64,000 nucleotides of DNA, from the NCBI GenBank assembly GCA_043821365.1, contig JBDRCX010000006.1, positions 352,001 to 416,000 of the forward strand. Reading direction: 5' to 3'. A program made the translations under genes and the position numbers. Each line of letters begins with the position of its first letter. Position 1 is the stretch's first letter. Positions 38,010 through 48,238 of this stretch are shown piece after piece. Below the pieces are notes generated by a model that ran no database searches, was not told the origin of the DNA, and saw only the letters and a program-made list of their open reading frames with translations. This DNA is from Candidatus Micrarchaeota archaeon. GTDB lineage: Archaea > Micrarchaeota > Micrarchaeia > Anstonellales > Bilamarchaeaceae.

Positions 38010-38843
38010 TTATTTTCCAATTCGTCTTGTTATGCTGAATGGTCCCTGCGTGTAATCTATAGTTGCATCATATTCATACCCTTTTTTTGTGGCTGGGTCT
38101 ATCGGAGGCAAGGTTACTTTCCATGAAGTTTCAGCTCTTATGTCCTCAGAATTCATATACAATGAACCAAAATTACTGCTTTGCTGCCCAACTTTTATGG
38201 TCATAGCACTACCACCCACATATTCTACTTTGAAAGTGTTTACTTGATTTGGAAAAACCTTTCCTTCTTCAACTTCAGTACCGTTCAAATCTGTATAAGT
38301 TATGGTGACGTTCAACGTTCCGTTTTCATCAAATGCCATGTGTGTAACATTTTCACGTACTGCAGTTATTGTAAAGTTTATCTCGTATGATGTGGCATCA
38401 GTACCACCATCCTTTGTGAATAATGTCTCATTTGTGGCATGATCATTTGTGTAAACATACTCCTCATTTATGAAAATTCTTATGGTTCCATTTGTAAGAT
38501 TGGTAAAATTGGTGTTTATTGTGCTTGCAGTCTGTATTGCAACTTCACTTACTAAAAATGCTTCATAGGCAGAAATCTGAGATGAAAAATTCTGACTTTC
38601 GAGTGTGTCTGCTATTGTTAGCTCAGTGCTGGTATTCTTCTGGTCAATATAGAGTTGAGGTCCAATAATCGAATTAAGTTCATAAGCAATATCATCAAGC
38701 AGGAATGCACCGTATGTTAGTGGCAATGGTTCAAGCAAAGTTCTTTCAGTACTAAGCTGTCCGTTACGTAAAGATATCACTAACATTATGAGTACCATGA
38801 TCAAGCTTACAGACAAAATGGTTATTACAAATCCACGGCGCAT
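38010..38843 (-). CDS. pilin-like protein (class III signal peptide)
   Basis: MRRG/FVITILSVSLIMVLIML. Confidence 0.7.
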   Translation of the reverse strand: MRRGFVITILSVSLIMVLIMLVISLRNGQLSTERTLLEPLPLTYGAFLLDDIAYELNSIIGPQLYIDQKNTSTELTIADTLESQNFSSQISAYEAFLVSEVAIQTASTINTNFTNLTNGTIRIFINEEYVYTNDHATNETLFTKDGGTDATSYEINFTITAVRENVTHMAFDENGTLNVTITYTDLNGTEVEEGKVFPNQVNTFKVEYVGGSAMTIKVGQQSSNFGSLYMNSEDIRAETSWKVTLPPIDPATKKGYEYDATIDYTQGPFSITRRIGK

Positions 38844-38856
38844 TCATACACTCTTT

Positions 38857-39270
38857 TTATGGCTCTTTTCTAAGCCATGATTCTGATTTTATTATATACC
38901 TGCTATTTTCGTAGATAATAGGGCTTGCAGTTGTTTGCACATCGAGTCCAAATGTCTCATTACAGTCGTTTTTAATCGCATTTGTTATGACATATCCTTT
39001 ATCATCTATTATTGTTATCTCTATACACGCAAGGTTTGGTGTTGCTTCTATAACATCCTGCATCAAAGTAGTATTGCCTTCAATTGCATAGTCGAGTCTT
39101 CCTGTTTTTTGAAGAACAGTAACTGTATCCATTGTGAGTTGTTTTAGGTATACTCCTTCTGGTGCTCTCGGATTGTGACTTTGGCTTGCAATTATTATCA
39201 TTGCAAACATGATAACTGATATTGCAACTGTTGCATCAAGTGTGATTGCAAATCCTTTCATCCTCCCCAA
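38857..39270 (-). CDS. pilin-like protein (class III signal peptide)
   Basis: MGRMKG/FAITLDATVAISVIMF. Confidence 0.75.
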   Translation of the reverse strand: MGRMKGFAITLDATVAISVIMFAMIIIASQSHNPRAPEGVYLKQLTMDTVTVLQKTGRLDYAIEGNTTLMQDVIEATPNLACIEITIIDDKGYVITNAIKNDCNETFGLDVQTTASPIIYENSRYIIKSESWLRKEP

Positions 39271-39767
39271 ACCTCCATGTGTACTATTACTGGTTCTCCG
39301 TCCAAAATAGCAAGTCGATCAAAGTTCAGGGAATTATTGAGTGCAACTTCAAAATTACCAAATTCATAGTGTATTATGTTTCCAGTGATATCTGTGATCC
39401 GCATTGCAAACTCATATTTTTGCATGCCAAGTCTATCCTTTACAGTTGAATACGCAGTTGCATTTTCTGCAACTAATTTTTCAATTTTTAATCTGTTCAG
39501 TTCATTTCTTCCATTTACAAGTCCTATTGCTTTTACCTCGCCATCTATTTGAGGGAGCATCTCCCAACTTTCTGGTTCTCCTGGTGTTGCCAGTAAGGAT
39601 TCAGATGCAAAAAATGCACTTGTTTCCATTGCAGTTTGTTTATTGGCAAGATTCCATCGTATTCCGACAATATTCCACATGGCAAGATAAAGCAGTAGTA
39701 TGAACATCAACGCGGCAAGACCTACAGTGAAGTCAAAAGTCCATATCTGTCCTTTACTTGATGATAT
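39258..39767 (-). CDS. pilin-like protein; inferred ATA start at 39767
   Basis: In-frame extension SSSKG/QIWTFDFTVGLAALMF lies upstream of the track start (39710); ATA is directly preceded by an in-frame TAG and by GGTGA at 5-nt spacing. Confidence 0.7.
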   Translation of the reverse strand: MSSSKGQIWTFDFTVGLAALMFILLLYLAMWNIVGIRWNLANKQTAMETSAFFASESLLATPGEPESWEMLPQIDGEVKAIGLVNGRNELNRLKIEKLVAENATAYSTVKDRLGMQKYEFAMRITDITGNIIHYEFGNFEVALNNSLNFDRLAILDGEPVIVHMEVWGG

Positions 39768-40143
39768 CTATCTCACCTTGGTTGTTTGTTACTATCACTT
39801 CTTTTTCATCAAGTGTGCTCTCATTTACGTTTCCATTAATTAGAGGTGCACTTCCTGATGCATATGGTCGGTATGATGTAACTGCATGGTCAGTTATTGT
39901 GATGTTCTCTTCATTCAAAACATTTGTTACTGTGAAATTGTAACTTGCCCCATCCCCAGCAAGGTAAACATAATTGATTACAGCAGCTACTGAATTTGCA
40001 TTTCTAAAAGAATTTATTTTATCTTGAGTTTGAAAAAGATTAAGGCCACCATCATAGTAAATTGCAAAAACCACAAGAAAAATTGTAAACAATGCCGAAT
40101 AAACTATCATGAATTCTGATGAAACTTGTGCTCTCATCATCAT
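39754..40143 (-). CDS. pilin-like protein (class III signal peptide)
   Basis: MMRA/QVSSEFMIVYSALF. Confidence 0.75.
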   Translation of the reverse strand: MMMRAQVSSEFMIVYSALFTIFLVVFAIYYDGGLNLFQTQDKINSFRNANSVAAVINYVYLAGDGASYNFTVTNVLNEENITITDHAVTSYRPYASGSAPLINGNVNESTLDEKEVIVTNNQGEIDIIK

Positions 40144-42383
40144 CTACCTATGTTTTGGAATATGTAAGTAAGAGTTTGTGCATTTGGTGCAAAATAATAA
40201 TCTCCGTGTGTAAGCAAGGCAATATTAGTTAATTCAACTTCATCCACATCATACCCAAATCCTATTGTGTAAACAACTATGTCCCTGTCTCTACAATAAA
40301 CTGCGCCAGTTATTGAATTTCCTGTATTTGCTTTTCCATCAGTAAGTAAAACTATAACTTTGTTTGCCTCAGGTCTTGCTCTTGCAGAGGTAAGTTCATC
40401 TGCTGCATCTTCTAAACCACACTGGATACATGTATTCCCATATGGACTGAGCGTATCAATTGCATTTTTCAATGCTTGTTGGTTTGCCGGATCCATATCT
40501 TTCAATAGTTCATCAAGTGTTGAGCTTGTGCTATAAGATACAAGGCCTGCTTGGATATTGTTACCAGCAATATCAATGAAGATTTTCGATGAATTCTTTG
40601 TTGCTGCCATCTTTGTTGGTGGTTGTTGGAATGAAAATTCTCTATTATACGCATAGCATCCGCTTGAGCTTCTCTTCAACCAAAGATCTATGGTAAATGG
40701 TGTTTCATATCCGGAAATATCCACCTCTTCTGTCAAAAATCCATAGTATGTGGAGGTTCTACTCCCAGTTGCTATTTCATTCCCATCGATAGTTGCACGG
40801 TAATAAACTGTACATCCCCATGAACTTGCTCTGATTTCTGTTGAAAGGTCTGCAATATCTCCATCTGTCTGCTCTATTGTTATACTCTTCACCCATGACC
40901 ATCCAGTACTAGATGCCCATACACTGTTACTATTGGTTACCTCGGTAATATATTCGTCCATCGACCCTGATCTATCAAGCACAAGCATTAAGTCAACATC
41001 AACAATTCCAAAACTATCATTGTAAATCCCACCAATGTTTCCTAGAGAATCAGTGCATTGATGGTAAGCAGTATGGTATCCAACTGGTAGGGGACCAACA
41101 TTGTATGTAAAGTTCTCTGTTGGTGAATCCCACGATCCATCTGTTGGGAGGGAAGGGGACCACATACCATCATCTATTTTTACATTACATCCTTGCATGT
41201 CACTATTCCCAGTGTATGCATCTGTTGCGGTTCCACCAACTGTAATATTTGAAAGTGTTGTTGGCCATTCTGTATGGTTCATACTTATCACAATTGGCCC
41301 AAGCACATCCGATTCACTTACCATAAAATAGTAATATGCTATTGGTCCAAGATTGTTCCAAACATCAGTACATCTTGTTCTAATCGTGTGTGGACCAAGT
41401 GCAAAACCTTCAGTATAATTGTAAACTGACAATTCTATGGTTTCATCATATGCTCCATCCATTGGAAGCATATCTTGCCAACTATCCTCGTTATCAGCAT
41501 CAATTTCACAACCTTTTATTGTACTGTTCCCAGTAAGCTCATCGCTTGCATTTACAAATATTGCAAGTGGTTCTAGTTTGATTGCAGGTGTCGGATCCTG
41601 GTAAATGTTCACAACAAACGGTCCAAGCAAATCCTCTTCTGGTTCAGGTTCATAATAAGGAATAACATAAACAGTCACAGGTACATCAACATTCTCAGTA
41701 TACCCCAAAGAGTCTAATGCAATCAGTTCTATTTTTCCAACATAGGTTCCACCTGCATCAAATGTTGATGTAAATTCCAAATCTATTGTTTCAGAATCAT
41801 CAACAGTTAAGGAAAATGAACTTGGGACCCCGGTCATTTGTACATCCGGATTGTTCCATGTTGTTACTGTATTAACATCAAAATCTCTCACCCAAATATT
41901 TTTTACTGAAAATGAAATGCTTTCTGTGCTATTGCTATCCATTACAACATAAATTCTATTTTTACTAAGTTCCATCATAGCGTCCCCTATACGGACTCTA
42001 TTACCCTCAGATACCACCCAGACCCAATGGCCACCTGGGCTTGATGGAAGATACCCTCTTACATTAAAATTTTCAAGTGAAACATGATCAGTTCCAGCTG
42101 CTCTTATTCTAATTGATTTATTGACAACTACTGAATATTCAGGTTCATACGTACTTGGTAGTTGTACGTATACTAATTTTTTGGAACCTTCGCCTTGGGC
42201 ATAAACTTCTTTTGCAGCTGAGCTTAAATCCAATAAAGAATTTCTTGCATTGGTGTTATCATTCATATTCTGTATTGTCGTTATTTGTCCTTGTGACATT
42301 ACAACTATTACAATAAGTACAAGCATGGCAATTGTTAAGATTATAAGAAACTCCATGCTTGTTTGAGCTTTAGAACTTTGCAA
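40140..42383 (-). CDS. large pilin-like adhesin with Ig-like repeats and split vWA domain
   Basis: SKA/QTSMEFLII; DLMLVLDRSGSM (MIDAS), VIVLLTDG, VYTIGFG; GP-x-V repeated modules. Confidence 0.8.
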   Translation of the reverse strand: MQSSKAQTSMEFLIILTIAMLVLIVIVVMSQGQITTIQNMNDNTNARNSLLDLSSAAKEVYAQGEGSKKLVYVQLPSTYEPEYSVVVNKSIRIRAAGTDHVSLENFNVRGYLPSSPGGHWVWVVSEGNRVRIGDAMMELSKNRIYVVMDSNSTESISFSVKNIWVRDFDVNTVTTWNNPDVQMTGVPSSFSLTVDDSETIDLEFTSTFDAGGTYVGKIELIALDSLGYTENVDVPVTVYVIPYYEPEPEEDLLGPFVVNIYQDPTPAIKLEPLAIFVNASDELTGNSTIKGCEIDADNEDSWQDMLPMDGAYDETIELSVYNYTEGFALGPHTIRTRCTDVWNNLGPIAYYYFMVSESDVLGPIVISMNHTEWPTTLSNITVGGTATDAYTGNSDMQGCNVKIDDGMWSPSLPTDGSWDSPTENFTYNVGPLPVGYHTAYHQCTDSLGNIGGIYNDSFGIVDVDLMLVLDRSGSMDEYITEVTNSNSVWASSTGWSWVKSITIEQTDGDIADLSTEIRASSWGCTVYYRATIDGNEIATGSRTSTYYGFLTEEVDISGYETPFTIDLWLKRSSSGCYAYNREFSFQQPPTKMAATKNSSKIFIDIAGNNIQAGLVSYSTSSTLDELLKDMDPANQQALKNAIDTLSPYGNTCIQCGLEDAADELTSARARPEANKVIVLLTDGKANTGNSITGAVYCRDRDIVVYTIGFGYDVDEVELTNIALLTHGDYYFAPNAQTLTYIFQNIGR

Positions 42384-43089
42384 CGTTCTTCAACTCCTTT
42401 CCAATCGCTATTCCGTTATCTGTAAGTTTAAATGTTCTTACTTGGTCAGTGTGCCTTGTGTCTCTCATTTTTACTATTTCAAGTGCTCTTATCCGGTGCC
42501 TTCCATCTCTAAGATTATATGTTTGTATAATACCATCACTTAAGAATCCTGATCGCCCTCTGTGTGGGTCATTTGGCATTATTGGTGTTTCTGATGTGAC
42601 TAAAGTTGTTGCATCCCAAGCTCGTAACATTTCAAACAAACCAAGTATCGATACATTTGCCCTGTATCTTTTTTCGAATAACATTTCAAATGCTGTTAAT
42701 GAATCAACTACTATTCTTTTTGCACCAAGAGATTCTACCGTATCTCTTATTGATCCTCCGCCTTCTTCCATAATTTTAAGTACTTCGTGGGGTTCATAGC
42801 GGATTATAGTAAACATTTTTTTCTTTTCAAGTGCATCCAAATTCCATCCAAAACCATGAGCATGTTGGTGTATTTGTTGTTTTGATTCTGCAAAACTTAT
42901 CAAAACTCCTGGGTCTTTGTACTTACTTGCACCAAAATAAAGATATTGTAAACATAATGTTGTTTTGCAGGTTCCAGTGCCTCCACGTATCATTATTGCA
43001 CTATTTTTTGGCAACCCACCATTCACCATCTCATCCAGTCCATTGATGCCAGATGGGATTCTTTCTAGGATACAGGGTTTTTTTACCAT
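42370..43089 (-). CDS. KaiC/RAD55-family ATPase
   Basis: RIPSGINGLDEMVNGG, GGTGTCKT, RIVVDSL, LEIVKMR. Confidence 0.9.
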   Translation of the reverse strand: MVKKPCILERIPSGINGLDEMVNGGLPKNSAIMIRGGTGTCKTTLCLQYLYFGASKYKDPGVLISFAESKQQIHQHAHGFGWNLDALEKKKMFTIIRYEPHEVLKIMEEGGGSIRDTVESLGAKRIVVDSLTAFEMLFEKRYRANVSILGLFEMLRAWDATTLVTSETPIMPNDPHRGRSGFLSDGIIQTYNLRDGRHRIRALEIVKMRDTRHTDQVRTFKLTDNGIAIGKELKNVAKF

Positions 43090-43180
43090 GGCATTTACTC
43101 TACATTATCTTTTATAAAAACTCGTTATTGACAAATTTTGAAACTAGTATTTATAAACATTAACAACCATAGGAGAACAC

Positions 43181-44548
43181 ATGAATCCAAAACCACCACT
43201 GTCACGTAGGTTTATTGATGTTCCAAAAATAGTTTCAGAGGGTCGTACAAGAGAATTTTTTCCAAGACTTTTACCGAACATTGAAACTATTAGAGGTACT
43301 GATTTCCCTCTTTTTGGTGCAAATGGTAGGGTGTACCTTGATTCAGGTGCTACAAGCCAAGAACCAAAAACTGTTATGGAACGTATGATGAATTATCGTA
43401 CTAGTACTATTAGAGGGAGTAATCACTCGAAAATGTCTGTTGAAGCACGAAGAGCGCAAGAAGAATATGAAAATGCCAAATCAAAGCTTCGAAGATTCTT
43501 TGAAGCTAATAATTATCATATAGTGTTTACCAGTGGTACAACTGGTTCATCAAATCTTCTTGCAACTCGTTTTGCATATGATAGGGACACTGTTGTTCTT
43601 ATGACTGGGGCAGAACACAATTCACAAATCGTTACAGCTAGGAATTTTGCATCTGCTTCTGGGGTTAGGTATGGTTATGTGCCAGTTTCATTAGATGGAC
43701 GTATGGACATTGATAAATTAAGATACGTTACCCGACAACATACTGGTACTATACTGCTTAATCTTGTTCATGTTTCAAATGTAACCGGCGTAGTAAATGA
43801 TGTTGAAATGATCCGAAAAGCAGTTGGAGATAGAGTTTTTATATATCTTGATATGGCACAATCTGCTGGCCATATACCAATTGATCTTGATTCTCTAGGT
43901 GTTGATTTTGCTGGGGTCTCTGCACATAAAATGTATGGACCAACTGGTATTGGAGCGTTTTTTGTAAGTGAAAGAGGAGAACGCCATCTAACTAATTTAG
44001 TGAGTGGTGGCAGTGCAGTAAATTTGGTTTCAGAAAATGTAATTGCTTATGCTAATAGCCCTGAACGTTTTGAACCAGGCACACAAAACATAGAAGGAGC
44101 TATAGAATGGGGCTATGCACTTGATTATTTATCTTATATTGGAATGGTAAAAATTGCAGCTCATGATGAAGAACTCGGTGAATACTTTGGTCAAGAATTA
44201 GCTAAGATTGGAGGTCTTATTCTACATTCGCCAAATACTACAGAAGGCCGTGTTCCAATTTTTGTCTTCAACATGCGATCTCTTCACTATACTGATCTTG
44301 CAAAAGAACTAGACGATCGCGGTATTAGTGTTAGGGATGGTTGTTTTTGTGCTCATTTGCTCATGTCAAGATTATTGGGCAAACCACCAGAAGTTATGGA
44401 TTTAATGGCTTCATTATTCGCTGCAACTGGTGGAGATCCAAGCATGCTTCCAGGGGCTGTTCGTGCTTCATTTGCATTTTACAATAATCTTCAAGACGCA
44501 CATAAAGCAGTTATGACGATTAATGCCATTGCGGAGAGATATTGGTAG
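43181..44548 (+). CDS. SufS-like cysteine desulfurase (class V aminotransferase)
   Basis: YLDSGATSQ, FTSGTT, HVSNVTG, SAHKMYGPTG, RDGCFCAH, RASF. Confidence 0.9.
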   Translation: MNPKPPLSRRFIDVPKIVSEGRTREFFPRLLPNIETIRGTDFPLFGANGRVYLDSGATSQEPKTVMERMMNYRTSTIRGSNHSKMSVEARRAQEEYENAKSKLRRFFEANNYHIVFTSGTTGSSNLLATRFAYDRDTVVLMTGAEHNSQIVTARNFASASGVRYGYVPVSLDGRMDIDKLRYVTRQHTGTILLNLVHVSNVTGVVNDVEMIRKAVGDRVFIYLDMAQSAGHIPIDLDSLGVDFAGVSAHKMYGPTGIGAFFVSERGERHLTNLVSGGSAVNLVSENVIAYANSPERFEPGTQNIEGAIEWGYALDYLSYIGMVKIAAHDEELGEYFGQELAKIGGLILHSPNTTEGRVPIFVFNMRSLHYTDLAKELDDRGISVRDGCFCAHLLMSRLLGKPPEVMDLMASLFAATGGDPSMLPGAVRASFAFYNNLQDAHKAVMTINAIAERYW

Positions 44549-44606
44549 TATTTAAAAATTCTCCCTTGTACATTATTTCAATACTTGTTCTCCCGAAGTG
44601 ATTTTG

Positions 44607-45233
44607 ATGGATAATCAAAAAGAAGCTATACAGACCGGTACTACGACAGTCGGTTTGGTATGTAAAGATGGTGTCGTTTTAGCCAGTGACCGAAGAGCCA
44701 CAATGGGGTATCTTATTGCAAGCAAAGATATTGATAAAGTCTATCAAGTTTCTGATCGTATTGCAATGACTATTGCAGGTGGAGTCGGTGATGCACAAAC
44801 ATTAATCAGATGGATGACTGCAGAACTTAAACTCTATGAACTTAAGAATGAAAAACCAGCAACAGTTGAAGCAGCAGCCACATTATTGGCAAACATACTC
44901 ACACAATATAAGTTCTATCCATTTTTTGTCCAACTGCTTATCGGTGGTATGGATGAAAGACCAAGGCTTTTTTCAGTTGATATGCTTGGTGGTGTTACTG
45001 AAGAAAAATTAACATCAACTGGAAGTGGTTCTCCTATTGCCTATGGTGTTTTGGAAGAACTTTATAGAGAGGATAAAGATATTCACTCAAACCTTACCAT
45101 TGCTGCAAAAGCAGTAAGTGCAGCTATGAAAAGAGATGCTGCAAGCGGTGAACGTGTTGATTTGACGATGGTAACAAAAACAGGTTTCACGAGATTATCA
45201 AAAGACGAAGTCTCAAAACTTCTAAATGCATAA
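44607..45233 (+). CDS. psmB: proteasome beta subunit
   Basis: TG/TTTVGL, ASDRRATMG, AGGVGDAQ, TGSGSPIAYG, RDAASG. Confidence 0.97.
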   Translation: MDNQKEAIQTGTTTVGLVCKDGVVLASDRRATMGYLIASKDIDKVYQVSDRIAMTIAGGVGDAQTLIRWMTAELKLYELKNEKPATVEAAATLLANILTQYKFYPFFVQLLIGGMDERPRLFSVDMLGGVTEEKLTSTGSGSPIAYGVLEELYREDKDIHSNLTIAAKAVSAAMKRDAASGERVDLTMVTKTGFTRLSKDEVSKLLNA

Positions 45234-45311
45234 TTTTTTTGTTTTTTAATTTATCTGTCTTTTCATTACTTCCAAGTAATCTATATAAAATAAAAAATCA
45301 GAGGTGTTTCA

Positions 45312-47207
45312 TTGCACTACAAAGACATTGTAAAAAGAATAAGCGAAATAATGCCTCCTCAATGTGAGGTTACAAAAGTTGAACCAGAAGGTCTATCTAC
45401 AGTCATATATATAAAAAATATAAATGCTTTTTATTCAAATGATCGTTTGATAAAAGAACTAGCCAGTGCACTTAAGAAAAAGGTAACGATAAGAGTTGAC
45501 CCAACTGAACTTACTGAAATTAGTGAAGCGAAATCAATCATCGAATCAACTGTTCCAAAAGAAGCAGATATCAAGAACATAACATTTGTTCCTGAAATGT
45601 GCGAAGTACGTATAGAAGCAATAAAACCAGGGCTTGTTATTGGTAAAGGGGGATCAGTACTCAAAGAAATTATGCTCAAAACAAGATGGGCACCAGTTAC
45701 ATTGCGTTCGCCTACCATGCCTTCAGCAACAATTGATGGTATCCGTAAGATCAATGTTCTTGAGGCTCCAGAACGCAAAAAATTCTTAGTTAATATTGGT
45801 AAAAAAATCTGCCAGCCAACTCCTGCAGGTGATTGGATAAGAATAATGGCTCTTGGTGGTTTTAGGGAAATCGGTCGTTCATGTTTACTTGTACAGACTC
45901 CAAACAGCAAAGTTTTGCTTGATGTTGGTGTAAACACTGCAACATCAGATCCAACTCGCGCCTATCCATATTTGAATATGGCAGGGTTTTCTCTTGAAGA
46001 AATTGATGCTGTAGTGATAAGCCATGGGCATATGGATCACATGGGCTTTTTACCCTATTTGTATGCCTATGGGTATAATGGCCCCGTCTATTGCACTCCT
46101 CCAACAAGAGACTTCATGGTGCTTTTACAACAAGATTATCTTAATTTGTGCAAAAAAGCATTCAATGTCGATGCACCATATACAAAAAAAGACATTTACA
46201 AGGAACTTCGAAATGTGATAACTGTTGATTATGAAGAAGTAGTTGACATTACCCCCGAAATCAAAATGACCCTCTACAATGCAGGTCATATATTGGGCAG
46301 TGCAAGTATACATCTTCATATCGGAGAGGGTGCACACAATCTTGTTTATTCTGGTGATATTAAATTTGGTTTTACAAGACTGTTCGATCCTGCAACAACT
46401 CATTTCCCAAGGCTTGAAACATTGCTTATTGAAAGTACATATGGGGGCAGAAATGACATTTCAGTAAACAGATTTGATAGTGAAACAAAATTATTCAATA
46501 TAATAAAGGAAACAATTGCAAAAAGGGGAAAAGTTCTTATTCCTGTTTTTGCTGTTGGTAGATCTCAGGAAATTATGCTTGTTCTTGAGGATCTTGTAAG
46601 GAGAGAACCAGATTTCAACATACCAATTTATATCGACGGTATGATTCTTGAAGCATCTGCAATACACACTGCATATCCAGAATATTTAAGAGAACAACTC
46701 CAGCGCAGAATTCTCTCTGACCGCAGTCCTTTTGAGTCTCCACTGATAAAAGTTGCAAAAGGAACATCCAAAGAGGAAATTGTTAATGGAGAACCAGCAA
46801 TCATTCTTGCCCCATCAGGTATGCTTACTGGTGGTCCTTCATACGAATACCTTAAGCTCATGTCTGACAATCCAAACAATACTCTTGTTTTTGTTGGTTA
46901 TCAAAGTGCACTTTCATTAGGTAGCAAAATACAACAGGGAATGAAAGAATTACCTATTCTTGGGGACGATGGTAAGATGAAGACATTGAAAATCAATATG
47001 CGTGTTGAAACTGCAGAAGGGTTTTCAGGACATAGTGATCGGGCCCAACTTATGGCATATCTTAAAAATCTTCGTCCAACTCCTGAAAGAATAATGACAA
47101 TGCACGGAGATTGGGGTAAAACTGAAGAATTTGCCCGTTCAATTGGCATGATGCTGAGAAAGGATTCGAGGGCTCTTGCTGATCTTGAAGCAACTAGGCT
47201 AAAGTGA
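45312..47207 (+). CDS. fttA: aCPSF1/FttA beta-CASP ribonuclease with KH domains
   Basis: N-terminal KH (KPGLVIGKGG), GGFREIGRS, SHGHMDH, ESTYGG, GFSGHSD; next to psmB, as is typical in archaea. Confidence 0.95.
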   Translation: MHYKDIVKRISEIMPPQCEVTKVEPEGLSTVIYIKNINAFYSNDRLIKELASALKKKVTIRVDPTELTEISEAKSIIESTVPKEADIKNITFVPEMCEVRIEAIKPGLVIGKGGSVLKEIMLKTRWAPVTLRSPTMPSATIDGIRKINVLEAPERKKFLVNIGKKICQPTPAGDWIRIMALGGFREIGRSCLLVQTPNSKVLLDVGVNTATSDPTRAYPYLNMAGFSLEEIDAVVISHGHMDHMGFLPYLYAYGYNGPVYCTPPTRDFMVLLQQDYLNLCKKAFNVDAPYTKKDIYKELRNVITVDYEEVVDITPEIKMTLYNAGHILGSASIHLHIGEGAHNLVYSGDIKFGFTRLFDPATTHFPRLETLLIESTYGGRNDISVNRFDSETKLFNIIKETIAKRGKVLIPVFAVGRSQEIMLVLEDLVRREPDFNIPIYIDGMILEASAIHTAYPEYLREQLQRRILSDRSPFESPLIKVAKGTSKEEIVNGEPAIILAPSGMLTGGPSYEYLKLMSDNPNNTLVFVGYQSALSLGSKIQQGMKELPILGDDGKMKTLKINMRVETAEGFSGHSDRAQLMAYLKNLRPTPERIMTMHGDWGKTEEFARSIGMMLRKDSRALADLEATRLK

Positions 47208-47242
47208 AAAGAAACCAAGGTTTCCTTTCTAACCTTCCTTTG

Positions 47243-48238
47243 CTATTCTAACATTATTCCTTCTTTTATTTCAATTAATCTTCCTAATGCTTCATCAAGA
47301 GTTTCAACTTCTATAGCTTTGATTCCAATGCTTTTTGGAGTCACATTTAGGTTTGTTTCTATTTCTTTTACTGCTATTATGGGTATTTTCTTTTTCATGG
47401 ACTCAAATACTGGTATCCCACCGCATGCAGAATGTGGAATGACAAGCGCAGAAACATCTTCAATTCCAATTCCTTTTTTAGATATTTTAGGTGCTCTGGA
47501 AAGTCCAATTAACACGCAACCTAAGTAAGCAGGGGATATTGCTTCTTCACCTGCTCTCCAATAAACTACTTCATCTTTGAGATTCAGTTTCCAATCTTTT
47601 TCAGAAACAAGAGGAGCATGCGCAGCTGGCATCTTGTATTTCTTTACTACATAATGGGAAACAACGGCTTCCAGTGCACCGACTGGGTTTGGTAGTTTTC
47701 CTTTGTAATATTCTTCCCATAGCTTAGGATCAGAATCTATCTGGATGCTGAGTGCTATGCTTTGTGCTCCTTTTGCAATTAATTTTTTGATTGGTTTGTC
47801 GAATTGTGTTAGGTCTTTTATGCTGCCATAGGCAACTCCATTTTTTATTATTGCTTCAGCACCAACTTTTTTCCCTGTCATTTCAATTCCAACAACATTT
47901 ATGCCGCCATCTGCATGCAATCCATTCACTGTATTTTTTAGTAATGCCATTGCACCTTTATCATCATTTTTTTCAACTACAACGCCTATTCTGTTTCCTT
48001 TTGACGGATCTAATTTTATCTCTCCTCGAAAAAACATATCAAAAAGAGTTCCTTCAGTATACACAATATTCTCTCTCATAAGATTGAGGACGCCACCATT
48101 TACTACATTTGGATGTGTTATTGTATAATCTGAAATAGAAGCTATCAGATTTGCAAATGGTGTGGCATCACCTAAGTATCCACCTACCGAAGCCTTTATT
48201 CCAGTTGGAATCATTAATGTGGTTATGAATGCGCACAT
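47243..48238 (-). CDS. DUF3326 family protein
   Basis: LMIPTGIKASVGGYLGDATP, ITHPNVVNGG, PNPVGALEAVVSH. Confidence 0.8.
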   Translation of the reverse strand: MCAFITTLMIPTGIKASVGGYLGDATPFANLIASISDYTITHPNVVNGGVLNLMRENIVYTEGTLFDMFFRGEIKLDPSKGNRIGVVVEKNDDKGAMALLKNTVNGLHADGGINVVGIEMTGKKVGAEAIIKNGVAYGSIKDLTQFDKPIKKLIAKGAQSIALSIQIDSDPKLWEEYYKGKLPNPVGALEAVVSHYVVKKYKMPAAHAPLVSEKDWKLNLKDEVVYWRAGEEAISPAYLGCVLIGLSRAPKISKKGIGIEDVSALVIPHSACGGIPVFESMKKKIPIIAVKEIETNLNVTPKSIGIKAIEVETLDEALGRLIEIKEGIMLE

